Source: Paraphysomonas bandaiensis
Taxonomy: Eukaryota > Protista > Chrysophyceae
Direction: 5' to 3'
Length of the DNA stretch: 64,000 nucleotides
NCBI GenBank assembly: GCA_965644295.1
Contig: CBFFRP010000132.1
Span: forward strand, 218,704-282,703
In this document: piece after piece, positions 14,625-27,399 of the stretch
How the letters are laid out: each line of letters begins with the position of its first letter
Position numbering within the stretch: position 1 is the first letter of the stretch
The notes under the pieces: model-generated
The model's input: the letters and a program-made list of their open reading frames with translations, nothing else
Told to the model about the DNA's origin: nothing
Databases searched by the model: none
Position numbers and translations under genes: made by a program

Positions 14625-15774
14625 TAGGGCTGCGTATCAATTAATTGTCAATTAATTGACATAGGTTGTAGTCAATTATAATGGCAAATTATGTAGTACT
14701 AAAATACACTAGCTGCCAATAATATAGCTACCTCAACTGTCGTTTCATTCCAGAGGCGACGATTCATGCGTAAAAGCATAAGTAGCTCTTAAATGTTGAG
14801 GAGTCAAGCTCTTGCGCAAGCCCGTTATTATAACAATCGTAGCTCTACTGAACAAGCTTTTAACCTTATTGGTTATGGCATGCAAGTGTTTAATGCTGCG
14901 GTAACGAGTTTGCTGGTTACGTCTTGCTCGCTTCCGCTGCCTGCTGCCATCAATCAAACGTTGCGCTACGTCGCCATTCCGAACTAGATGCGCACTGTCA
15001 TAATCTTCTTCTTCCTCATCGAGCAAAAATATTTGTTCCTTCCGAGTTACGGCTTCGTTGCCACATTGAATCTTCACGACTGCCTTTTTGAAAGCAGCGT
15101 TATGAATAATAATAGAAGCACTGTCGCCCAGATGACGCTCAACAATCGGGTACCTTATGATGAGTTCATCAAACAATACACTAACGTCGTGGAGGTCAAT
15201 CTGGTGTTAACCTTACTTCTGTAATTGTAAGGACACTAGTTGAAACAATTCCTATTCCTCCCGTATTGCACGAGCTTGGCATGCACCTTTTCGCTTGGCA
15301 TTAGACGTAACGCGTCGGAACCAAACTCGAATGATCTCACATGATTAGATAGAAGCAGGTAGCGGTAAATCATGGAAACTGTGGAGCTCATTTTCCTTGA
15401 GGACAAATCTTTATTGCAACTTCTTCGTTATTACCATTCACTAAAACACACTCGTGCAATGACTTCTGGTGCCAGTTTGTCGCTCATATTGCTAATTAAA
15501 AGTTAAATGAATTACTATGTGAGTTAATCCTATGGATTTTATAGTCTTTCACCAATCTTCGAATTTTATCCTAAAAATTGGATTTTGTCAATAAAAATGC
15601 CGTGTTTTAAAAACTTTTTAGCATAAAAAAGTGGCTTCTTATATCAATTAATAGCAAGTAATTGACAATTAATTGAAGCAAGCTGGAGTCAATTATAATT
15701 GCAATTATGATTCGATGTCCCAATTTCAATTATTGCAATTTCAATAATTGACAATTAATTGATACGCAGCTCTG
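14625..15774 (-). mobile_element. Internally deleted hAT DNA transposon relic
   Basis: ~30-bp TIRs (tagggctgcgtatcaattaattgtcaatta / reverse complement cagagctgcgtatcaattaattgtcaatta); 8-bp TSD ctgtacga (14617-24) / ctgtgcga (15775-82); AT-rich subterminal caatta repeats. Confidence 0.88.
14745..15400 (-). pseudogene. Degenerate hAT transposase C-terminal fragment
   Basis: TNKVKSLFSRATIVIITGLRKSLTPQHL resembles the hAT dimerisation-domain signature (S..ERLFS....RxSL.P..L); frameshifted; lies inside the TIRs. Confidence 0.65.
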
Positions 15775-16140
15775 CTGTGCGAGATGATATTGCACGAGTG
15801 TTCTTTGAGAAGTTGCATTCGATGACAAGTTATGACACAATTGGGTGATTTACTAAGTTAACTGGACGTTTATTTACTCATTAAACAAGTTAAGATGAGG
15901 GAACATTATAATAAATATAATAAACAATATATCACGTTATCTCCACTACCACTCATTTCTAGTACGATCTTATATCGTCACTATCTTCTTGTATGGTCAA
16001 TATATATTCAGTTCTCATTACTTCTCATAATACAGTTAACCACTACTGTATTCTCCAGTAACCGTCATAATTCCAATATCTTAGAATTACAGCTTTTAAT
16101 TGCTTAAACAGCAAAACTCAACACTCCCTCTCAATTCAAA

Positions 16141-16292
16141 GCTGTACATTGAATAGCCAAACCACGAGTCATAACTGACGGATACGCAACCACCAAGACC
16201 TCATGAGCTGTACATTGAATCTTCACATCGCAAGACATAACTGACGGATATGCTGTAGATTGAATCCTTACATTACAAGACATAACTGATGG
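16141..16292. repeat. Three imperfect tandem copies of a ~45-67 bp unit (gctgtacattgaat...cataactgacggata)
   Basis: Unit motifs recur at ~16141, ~16207 and ~16252. Confidence 0.7.
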
Positions 16293-16307
16293 GTAGAATT
16301 AGAGCTT

Positions 16308-19283
16308 TCAATTGCTCCAACAGCGAAACTCAACATTCGAGTGTTGGCAATGTCGTGAGTGTCTTGTATGAAAGGTGTCCTGAGTCGTAAGAAGGGGTAT
16401 GGAAAGAGCAACCTCGCATGCCAACAAGCACGCTGGATGGAAAGAGAAACCTTTGACTTTCCAGTAAGCTTGTGGTGCAATCACACATTCACAACTTGAA
16501 AGAAGTGGTATTAGAAGTGACAAAGAAACTAGTAGTATACGTTGACGAAAAATTTCATTACGAATATTTTTCAATAATTCATCTCCTAAATCAACAAAAA
16601 CATTTTTTTAAATATACTCATTTAGACTGTCATATGTGAATCAATCGGCCATATACTATCATCTTCTTCATCACTGCTCACACATTCCCACAAACCAATC
16701 TGTGGTGTATCGTCGGAACCATTTAACACTCCAGTACTCCTTGCATGGTCTGAAGACTGCTTGGAAGACTCAGATGCAGCACCCGCAATATAATCAGTCA
16801 AATCTAGCTCATTCGCCTGTGATCTGCTCAGCGATGATGTGATTTTATACTTCTGAAGATTCTCAAGACGACGTTGCAAAGCCATTAATTCATTATCTAC
16901 ATCACATTTACACATTGAATGAAAACGTAATTACCAGGCGTACCGAGTTTCCATCCATCCTCGCGATGTTTCTCCTTATTTGACCGACTCATATCGGACG
17001 GCACTGACATATCTACAGTAATGAAACAATTATGTCAAGTAACAATTCCGCTACTACCCAACAAGAGATCACTCAACATATGTGCGCACTAGAACAGAAA
17101 TTGTGCACTTATGACATACACGCCATATCATTTAAGTCTGAACTAATACCTCCTTCGTGTCCGACAAGGTTTCGATCTGAATCCATTAGCGCGGAAAGCC
17201 GATGCTAAAAATATGCAACGTTACCGAATATGAAACGATTTTAACTAGACATCTCAATCTGAATACCTCTAAAATTTGCACAGCAGATGCAATAGTATCA
17301 ATGTCTTTCCCAATATCTCCAGCAGATAAATTTATCTGTATGGGTGCACGATTAACTTCAATACTCGTCGCCCCGCATTTACTATATCCTTTCAAGTCAT
17401 CAACCCTCTGACTTGCAGGATCTAATAGACCATCTGGTTCACATTCCGAGCTCAAATGTTGAATAGGATCTGCTGTAAGTTCACTGGCCGTTAGTGGCTC
17501 GCTACCCTCTACACAATGTTGCTGTTTTGTGTCAAATTCAGGATCCAATAAAGAGGTTTGACCATTGTTACTGTGAGATTCCCGACTGGCATCGCCTTCG
17601 TTAGAATGGAGGCCGTTTCCCAACGATAAATTCCATACATCAGCTCTAGCACTACTCTCTGAATTCTGGTAATTTTTTTCAACATCCGAATCTCTAAAAT
17701 ATAGTAACGTAAGAGGCTTCCCATGACATAAAACTTTATATAACATTCAGGGTACACATCTATATATAATACGGTGTGTGTATTTACTACCTCTTATGGA
17801 ATTTTGGTCTACTATCATGCCTGGGAATGTCTTTAGTATTTTGGCTCATTGACTGCCGCATGTCATGGATTTTCTGCATAAGTGATCCACTGTTCAGAGA
17901 TGATGAATCGAGGTTTAGTAAGCCGAACTCATCACTGCTACTCGAACTACTGCCACTACTCTTACTGGATAAAGTACTCTTTGCATGTTGTAAAGCGCTT
18001 TCCGACAACTTTACCAAATCTAGTACTGACTTCGCCTGACGCTCACGATCCACTTTCGAATGGAACGATGTTCTAGCTCTATTCTTGTAGGTTTGATGAG
18101 AGGTGGCATCGTGGTAATGACTACTTGCTGACTTCTTCGACTTCCTGCTTTCCTTTCTAGAGAGCGATGGGGTATGGCCCTTACCGTGTCTATACCTCGT
18201 CTGCTTAGGCTTGTTGGCTTCAGCACGATACATACTGCGGAATTCCATTCTGCCAATAGAAGAAGTTTCACTCGTCGATTTCAAATCACGGCTTGGAGTA
18301 ATATTTCTATGTCGAAGCACATTTCTTCTACCATATTCGTTAACACTTCCAGAAGTTTGTTTGGAATACTTTAATTCTCTTTCCAAATACTTTATTTCCT
18401 CTTCCTTTTTCTGTAGAATTTTCCTTAAACGTTCCTCCGACATACTTTGATGACCCTTTTGATATTTGATTCGTTGGATTTGTTTGTCTACCTTGAGGTT
18501 TCGCTTATGTGCTGCTTGCTTGACCTGTCGCAGCATATGTAACCGGCGTTCTTCAGCAAGGTGTAGCTTATATAAAAGTTTATCTTCGGCATGGGCAGGC
18601 TGTCTGAGCTCTGGAGCTCCAGTGTGCCATACAGAGAAAGTAGTTTTACGCAACTTAGGAGAGGTAGAGCACTTTTTTACTCGATCATTACTTCGTTGGG
18701 AGTGAGCTGATTTTTTCTTGCTTGATTTCTTTGAGTCATTATAAGCCACAGGTATACTCTCATCTTCATCAAGTAAGTGCTCTGTTTTAGTGTTCCAAGT
18801 CGACAGACGCTTTGGTCCCCAATTTAATCGTCTTGAGCGTAAAAATGTATACTCTTGAATAAACTTTCTTTCCCGGTCAATTGAAGTTTGATCAGATGAA
18901 TTGAAATTATCAATATCTATTGGGAACTGGTAATAGAATGTAGTAAGAGAGATAGTCCCCGTATTCGTATTACGCAACATGAAATCAAGCGTCTTAGTCA
19001 CACCATGCTCCATACTCGATGCTATAAACGAACAGGAGCCTAGAGGATAAGAATCTCCACTCGAAGAATAGGCTTCAGCAGTTATTTCGATATCACAAGT
19101 GGCTGATAGCTCGTCTGCAATCGGAACATAAACAGTCTTACAGAAGTTTGCTGCGACCTGGTCACACAGAGGCGCTGACATATCAAACTTATGAGCATTG
19201 ATTTTAATAGTGAGAAGGATTGATATCGTATCATCGGATAGAGAACGAAACAGTGCTGTGTCGACAAACACATGAACGAGCAT
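16308..19283 (-). CDS. Multi-exon protein of unknown function: C2-like N-terminus, coiled coil, low-complexity middle; 3' end uncertain
   Basis: 498-aa first exon ending at a GT donor (~17790), followed by splice-compatible ORFs 17186-17746, 16622-16915 and 16308-16574; the C2-like call is inferred from a beta-rich pattern. Confidence 0.6.
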
Positions 19284-19871
19284 CTCCTGCTGGCTGTTGT
19301 TACGGTGCTGAGGGCGTTGATCTATACAGCAGGAGCATTACGAGTATGCGAGCGATGCGATGAGCGATGATTGAGATCATAGCAGCTCGAGTCAACTACG
19401 AACTACGATACCGTACACTGGTATACCATACTCCCTACGCTGCTGTGCTACAGTGTATACTGTACGGATATACAGCAGTAAAATCAACTGCCATTTTCAT
19501 AGGCTGTATACCTATACGTATACAGCAGTACACCGTAGTACAGATCCAACAGAGAACCTCCAATGAGGAATCACATACACCAATCATCTCCGAAATACGC
19601 TGTTTGGTTGGTGAACCACATTGCAGTCTTCTTCGAAAATTTGGCTCGTATCGCCGTAGGCCTGCTGTAGAGTGTGGTATACAGACAGCCGTATATGTGA
19701 ACTACATGAACATGAAGTGACGGCACATTCACGTGAAATCTCGAGTCGAGTCGAGTACTCCAGTGCGCTGCATGAGTCGCCTGCTCTCTCGTGCTGCTCT
19801 AGCTCTAGTTGTGTCTTGTATGATGTATCTGTAACGCACGTGTCACTCTTATCGTATTGACCGGCTGTGTC

Positions 19872-22800
19872 ATGAGGCTGTACGTACTGTGTGTATGTAT
19901 GGCTGCTCTATTGCCTCTATCAAGTGGTAAGTGGGGAGTCTTCTGTCTTGTTGTGTAATGGTTACATGTATGTATGTATATTAAGGTTGGAATGAGTATC
20001 AGAGTGCTGCTGTGTCGAATACTTGTGCAACAGATGAAGACTGCGCTCTCTGTGATTTTATTGGGTCGACTGATATCACAACGGCATACAGTTCATCGTG
20101 GACTTGCGATAATGTTAACTCCAAGTGCTCGTGGGATGGAATAGGCTGCAATGGTGGTGGTTCGGTCTCCAGCATTAGTCTAGGAAGCCAGGGTATAACT
20201 GGATCACTTCCATTATCACTTGCAAACATGACTAATTTAGAGCATCTTGATTTGAGCACGAACAGTTTTTCCGGGACGCTTCCGTATAACATTGGCAGTT
20301 TAATCAAACTTTCGTTCTTGTCTCTGAGGTCGAACTTATTCACTGGTACACTGCCATTGTCGCTTACTCAACTCTCTAGCCTTGAGGAAACTGATTGTAG
20401 TGATAACATGCTGAGTGGCTCTCTACCGTCAAGTATTGGGAGTTTATACAACCTCCTGTATTTTTATGCTGAAGATTGCCTACTCAGTGGATTCCTTCCT
20501 GAATCCATTACATCAATGAGTAGTTTAGTGGAGTTCTCAGTGTATCGCAATACGCTCTCAGGTCCACTTCCGTCAGCTCTATCTCTTCTTACCAATGTAG
20601 AATATTTTGACCTCGGAGATAATATGTTTACTGGGACTCTTCCTTCTGGAGTTGGCGCCATGACACAACTCTGGTTATTGTATATTGACTACAGCGATCT
20701 CACCGGCACACTCCCCACTGAGCTCGGCGCGCTTGACCTGCTTACTGATCTATCATTTTACAATAACAATTTGAATGGAACACTGCCCTCTACTCTTGGG
20801 GGAATGACAAGTCTCACCTACTTTGACTTAGGCCAAAATTCATTCACCGGAACGCTTCCTGCATCTATTATTAACATGTCATCGTTAGTGTTCTGGTACA
20901 TGGACAATAGTAGGATTACAGGACCCCTGCCGTTTGGCTTTGGAGACTTAAGTTATTTGCAACAGCTATCGCTTTTCCACAACCTACTCTCTGGCCCCCT
21001 TCCTGAGACAGTCACTAAACTAACCCTTCTCGATCTCCTTGATCTTGGAGCGAATTCGATATCAGGATCACTGCCTAACGACATTGGGGTTTTGCGACGG
21101 GCGGAGTATATCTCACTGGCTCAAAATTCTCTCACAGGAGCACTCCCTTCCACCCTTAGCGATTTATCGAATCTGAAAAGTCTCGTTTTGTCGTTCAACC
21201 ATATTTCGGGTCCCATATTGCCTTCTATAGTGGATCTTACTGCTCTCCAGCGATTAGATATTGGCAACAACGAAATCACCGGGGAATTTCCAAGTGGCAT
21301 AACTAAGATAGCTAATCTTGCCATTCTAAATGGAGAATCTAATGCATTACGTGGAACAATCCCAAGTGATATCGATACTCTGAGTGCCCTTACCTTTCTT
21401 GCCTTAGGAAATAACTATCTTAACGGGACACTGCCAGATAGTATAGCTAATCTGTATGACCTTGAAACTGGTACAGGTCTTTATCAGTTTCGAGCGAATT
21501 CTAACCTGTTGACGGGTTCTATTCCAAGTTCATACGCCAACTTGTCCTCCCTGAAAGAGTTACAGTTGCAAGATAATCTACTAATAACAACGTATAGTGA
21601 CCGCTTTTGTGAATTGACCCGCCTCGAAACGTTTTACGTCACACAATCTGAATATCATGAATGTAAAATACCTACCCCGATGCCGACCTCGGTGCCAACC
21701 TCTCTACCGAGTGGGAACCCAACCTTTGTTCCTACCGCAAACCCATCAGAGCTACCGACACACGATCCTTCATCAGCACCATCTCATTCTCCCACATGTG
21801 TTCCAACTATATCTCCGACATCATTTCCGACGGTTTCGCCGACAAGTACTCCTAGTATGTGTCCCACATATACACCGTCGCTGTTACCTACTGGTGAACC
21901 AACTGTAGCCCCCACGGTAGGGCCATCTCATTCTCCCACTTGTGTTCCAACTATATCTCCGACATCATTTCCGACGGTTTCGCCGACAAGTACTCCTAGT
22001 ATGTGTCCCACATATACACCGTCGCTGTTACCTACAGGTGAACCAACTGTAGCCCCCACGGTAGGACCGTCTCATTCTCCCACCTGTGTTCCAACTATAT
22101 CTCCGACATCATTTCCGACGGTTTCGCCGACAAGTACTCCTAGTATGTGTCCCACATATACACCGTCGCTGTTACCTACTGGTGAACCAACTGTAGCCCC
22201 CACGGTAGGACCGTCTCATTCTCCCACCTGTGTTCCAACTATATCTCCGACATCATTTCCGACGGTTTCGCCGACAAGTACTCCTAGTATGTGTCCCACA
22301 TATACACCGTCGCTGTTACCTACAGGTGAACCAACTGTAGCCCCCACGGTAGGACCGTCTCATTCTCCCACCTGTGTTCCAACTATATCTCCGACATCAT
22401 TTCCGACGGTTTCGCCGACAAGTACTCCTAGTATGTGTCCCACATATACACCGTCGCTGTTACCTACTGGTGAACCAACTGTAGCCCCCACGGTAGGGCC
22501 ATCTCATTCTCCCACTTGTGTTCCAACTATATCTCCGACATCATTTCCGACGGTTTCGCCGACAAGTACTCCTAGTATGTGTCCCACATATACACCGTCG
22601 CTGTTACCTACAGGTGAACCAACTGTAGCCCCCACGGTAGGACCGTCTCATTCTCCCACCTGTGTTCCAACTATATCTCCGACATCATTTCCGACGGTTT
22701 CGCCGACAAGTACTCCTAGTATGTGTCCCACATATACACCGTCGCTGTTACCTACAGGTGAACCAACTGTAGCCCCCACGGTAGGACCGTCTCATTCTCC

Positions 22801-24799
22801 CACATGTGTTCCAACTATATCTCCGACATCTTTTCCGACGGTTTCGCCGACAAGTACTCCTAGTATGTGTCCCACATATACACCGTCGCTGTTACCTACT
22901 GGTGAACCAACTGTAGCCCCCACGGTAGGGCCATCTCATTCTCCCACTTGTGTTCCAACTATATCTCCGACATCATTTCCGACGGTTTCGCCGACAAGTA
23001 CTCCTAGTATGTGTCCCACATATACACCGTCGCTGTTACCTACTGGTGAACCAACTGTAGCCCCCACGGTAGGGCCATCTCATTCTCCCACATGTGTTCC
23101 AACTATATCTCCGACATCATTTCCGACGGTTTCGCCGACAAGTACTCCTAGTATGTGTCCCACATATACACCGTCGCTGTTACCTACAGGTGAACCAACT
23201 GTAGCCCCCACGGTAGGGCCGTCTCATTCTCCCACCTGTGTTCCAACTATATCTCCGACATCATTTCCGACGGTTTCGCCGACAAGTACTCCTAGTATGT
23301 GTCCCACATATACACCGTCGCTGTTACCTACTGGTGAACCAACTGTAGCCCCCACGGTAGGGCCATCTCATTCTCCCACATGTGTTCCAACTATATCTCC
23401 GACATCATTTCCGACGGTTTCGCCGACAAGTACTCCTAGTATGTGTCCCACATATACACCGTCGCTGTTACCTACTGGTGAACCAACTGTAGCCCCCACG
23501 GTAGGACCGTCTCATTCTCCCACCTGTGTTCCAACTATATCTCCGACATCATTTCCGACGGTTTCGCCGACAAGTACTCCTAGTATGTGTCCCACATATA
23601 CACCGTCGCTGTTACCTACTGGTGAACCAACTGTAGCCCCCACGGTAGGGCCATCTCATTCTCCCACTTGTGTTCCAACTATATCTCCGACATCATTTCC
23701 GACGGTTTCGCCGACAAGTACTCCTAGTATGTGTCCCACATATACACCGTCGCTGTTACCTACAGGTGAACCAACTGTAGCCCCCACGGTAGGACCGTCT
23801 CATTCTCCCACATGTGTTCCAACTATATCTCCGACATCATTTCCGACAGTTAACCCAGTTGCTGACCCTACATCTTGTCCTTCGTTTTCTCCAACTATGC
23901 TTTTTGACGTATTGCCTACAATTATTCCAACTGCTGTACCATCTCTATACCCTACAGAATTGGTAACTGTTACTGTAGCAATACCTTGCTCCTTTAATGC
24001 CACCGGCTTGCAGTTTCTTAATAGCTCCTCTGAGTTGGAGATTGCTCTGGAAGATGTTCTTTTGGGGGAAGACGAAGGGTATGTAGTTGTTGATGGCATA
24101 AGCAAGATTGGTGCCGTTAACACGGAGTATCAATCTGTGTTTGTCATAGCTGCTGAAGAGTTGGATGTGTATCTTGTTTCTTACACGGTGTTTGGTGTGT
24201 ATCGACGACACAGTCCGGGAGTGAACAAGGATGTTGTGTTCAGCACGTTGCAGCAAAAGTATTCTGACGCCATTGAGAGCGGTGCTCTAGTTACCAGGGT
24301 GTCTAGTGTTGCTAAAAATACAGTAACGATATCCGGCTACATCAGCAGTATCGACGATGTGAGAGTAACTGCTGCTACGCGAATACCGACGTCATTTCCT
24401 AGCATACAACCAAGCTCTGAGATACTGCATCGGTCGTCCGATAGTCGTACAACAATAGCTGAATCACATTCCACATGGTACATTGTAGCGGCTGTGGTGT
24501 TCGTGTTTTTATTGCTCGCAGTTTTCTTATGTCGGAAGTATGTGTATGCGATGCGTCGGCAAGAAAAAAGTGAATTTTACGGTCTTAATGCCCACACTCT
24601 GGCCACTGAGACAGTTTCTATTGACAGCGAGCGACCAATTTCAAGTATATTCCCTCGAGGTGAGGATACACGAAGGGTAGAAAAGTTTTATAATATGGAG
24701 TCGTCATTAAGGATTGATTTGGGGGAAGAAGATCCTGAGATTGTTAGTGATAAGGTCTCGTCGGCGTTAGTTAGAAATGAAAATATAGAGGCAGTGTAG
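19872..24799 (+). CDS. Type I membrane protein: signal peptide, ~20 plant-type LRRs, PT-rich stalk, TM helix, short cytoplasmic tail (receptor-like, no kinase)
   Basis: Exon 1 MRLYVLCVCMAALLPLSS, intron 19927-19985 in frame with the 1595-aa ORF; LxxLxLxxNxLxGxLP repeats; CSWDGIGC N-cap; TM WYIVAAVVFVFLLLAVFLC. Confidence 0.92.
21779..23850 (+). repeat. Coding minisatellite: 14 full plus one partial 144-bp (48-aa) PT repeat
   Basis: Unit starts at 21779, 21923 ... 23795 (14 x 144 bp); the amino-acid unit is identical in all copies. Confidence 0.97.
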
Positions 24800-24976
24800 C
24801 GTAACAAAGGAAATATATTATAGAATTATCATGCACATTTATTTGTTAAGTCGTACTCTATCGAACGTATTTACACAGTTGAAACTCGCCGGTTGACAGT
24901 GTGTACGCCCATCATATATCTAATCTAATTATAAACACATAATGAACCCCGCGAAACAGATTTAACTTCTGTTACA

Positions 24977-25203
24977 TAGTGAATGTCTTATTATGTGCAA
25001 TAGGCGTGCAAGAGTCAAAACTAATGTAGCAAAACAATTTATCTAACTAGTGCTTAACTCAGATACTCTACTATTTGGCGCTACGAAAGCTGCTTGTGCG
25101 TCACCGCAGGCACCAGGGTGCAACCACTTTCGCACTATTGCTCAAAGCAAATGCAGTGAACAAGCAGAATGTTGATATACCTGACATCTGCTGACATCAG
25201 GAT
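24977..25203 (-). mobile_element. Dispersed repeat (LINE 3'-tail/SINE-like family), copy 1
   Basis: Reverse complement of ~26098-26330; core gaaagtggttgcacc..ggtgc..gacgcacaagcagctttcgtagcg; tail acgcctattgc..aataagacattcacta. Confidence 0.8.
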
Positions 25204-25423
25204 ACTTCTGTTACAAGATGGAATTGTATAATAGCTAAATACTAAATATAGCCCAAGATATATGATCAGCTCTATAGCAAGAGGACTATACAGACTATAT
25301 ATGTACAAAACTTGTTCTATCTGTGAATTAATCTACTGTAACACTATATTATATAACTTGTTCACTAACTTTGAGTTGTTATATAAATGAGATCAGACCT
25401 TTTTCCTCAGCAAAGTCGGTGAT

Positions 25424-25586
25424 AGAGCGGAAGTGGTTGCACCTTGGTCCTTGCAGTGACGCACAAGCAGCTTTCGTACCGTTAAATAGTAAGATATCAG
25501 CGTTAAGCACTAGTTAGTTAATTTTTTTGCAACATTAGTTTTGACTCTTACACGCCTATTGCTAATAATAATATGACATTCACTAC
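25424..25586 (+). mobile_element. Dispersed repeat, copy 2 (short)
   Basis: Same core and same 3' end acgcctattgctaataataatatgacattcactac. Confidence 0.8.
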
Positions 25587-25944
25587 ATCATTTTAATGCA
25601 CAATATTTCTTGTATTATTGAAACCCAGCTCAGAACTGAACTCTCTTTTCTAATGTTAGACTTGTTCAACTATACACATTGAACTCGATTGCATACTTCT
25701 ACTAATAACTACAACAATAATTTATATATCACATTAAATATACAGCGGCACACCACACCTGTGAATAACTTCATCTGACCTGTAAATATACACTTAACTA
25801 TTGCTCACTATATATGTTCTATAATCCCTCAACAAAGTCGGACTCGCATCTTTTCGTGGTGATCTGGAAGACAAGTACCGACAACTAATATATATAATCA
25901 GCATATAATTTTCGGCCCACACATAGCCAAATGCTTGGAACATA

Positions 25945-26330
25945 CAAATATAAGTGATAAGTGTTACATATGTACTATGTACACGTCTTTGGGTCTTGAC
26001 ACTAACCCTCAGGGACCTGGGCCCACCGCATGGGTATCCGAGGTATTTGTCTGCCTGCCAAAGTCAAGCACCCGGGCTGCTCATCTTAAGGACTCAAAAA
26101 TCCTGATGTCAGCAGATGTCAGGTATATCAACATTCTGCTTGTTCACTGCGTTTGCTTTGAGCAACAGTGCGAAAGTGGTTACACCTTGGTGCCTGCGGT
26201 GACGCACAAGCAGCTTTCGTAGCGCCAAATAGTAGAGTATCTGAGTTAAGCACTAGTTAATTAAATTGTTTTGCTACATTAGTTCTGACTCTTACACGCC
26301 TATTGCTAATAATAATATGACATTCACTAC
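25945..26330 (+). mobile_element. Dispersed repeat, copy 3 (long form with 5' head)
   Basis: Core and tail, plus 5' part (ataagtg..acgtctttggg..ttgac..gggcccac..agtcaagca.ccggg..cttaagga) shared with copies 5 and 7. Confidence 0.8.
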
Positions 26331-27399
26331 TGCGTCCAATTACTTCCACTGCTAAATTTAAATGCTACAACCATTGATATGTGTTGAGAATCAGACATGG
26401 AGTACGTCAAAAGTGTACGGCTTGAGAAAGTTGTCTAGAATAAAACCAAGGCGTACCGACTCTGGGATATCTTCGGCTCCTTCGGTAATACTCTCTGATA
26501 GGGCGTGTATCTAGATATTGTTATACCTCCACAGACTTAGGCATTATGAGATTTATACTGTATACTGTACAATACTAATTGCAAACTGTTTGCCATCATG
26601 CACTTTCACGTACATACTCACACCTAGCCTTATCTTGGAGGTCCATCTTCATAGCCATAATGTCGCGGTGCACATGGAGTGAAGCGCACAATTAGAACCA
26701 GACATGGAGTAGTCGAGCCCCATGATGGCATCCCGCAGTACACCACTCATGGAAACGTATTGAACTCCTTTCGTGCAGAATCTATACAATCCCCTGACTC
26801 CAGTGGCCCCTGGATGCGGATAGAGATCCGTACTCTGCGAGAACATCTTCCGTGCTCTCACTATCGATCACTCTGGCGATGAGTCCTGAACTGTGTAACC
26901 TCCATACACACTTCACGTCTACCTCAGAGTCACCGGCAACGGCGTTGAGATGAGCCACACTGAGGAAGTTTGTCTTCTCACTGGCCAGATCCGGCAAAGC
27001 CTCAACTCTCGCTGCTGAGGTACACACACTGGAGGCACGCCACACGGACTGGAAGGCTTTACCTCAAGCAAAGCATTCCTTTCTCCCAATGAGGGCAGTG
27101 TAACTTCATCCATACGACTGTCTGTATGCTTATGAGTGAGCAGCGTGCGCAGTCCAGTCCGCAGTGTAGTCGGGTGCCTACACGAGGAGTCACCTCAAAA
27201 TCAGCCGTCCGAAAGAAAAAAACAAACAAAAACCGGGCAAATTTGATCTTTACCTCCTGCACTCACTGAATTTCCTGGATTTCTCACTGCGTTTCTGAGT
27301 ATTTTCTCAGAAGGGTGAGGAGAGACTGACTCGTCGTCTCTGTGCCCAGCTCATGCATGCAGCTACGCTGTTGAAACACAGTTCATTACACGATTGAAG

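Noticed and set aside
21779-23850. CRISPR-like array
   Set aside because: No unique spacers; in-frame 144-bp coding repeats in a eukaryotic gene with no cas genes.
19872-24799. LRR receptor kinase
   Set aside because: Only ~90 aa follow the TM helix and they contain no kinase motifs.
25465-25520. Pistol/hammerhead/HDV-like ribozyme in the repeat (cgttaaatag...ttaagc resembles pistol)
   Set aside because: I could not build the required P1 stem and pseudoknot, and found no CUGANGA/GAAA hammerhead core or HDV nested pseudoknot. An Infernal search would settle it.
24977-26330. MITE/DNA transposon with ~230-bp TIRs
   Set aside because: No TSD at the outer ends, and the same sequence occurs singly elsewhere with variable 5' truncation and behind a LINE ORF.
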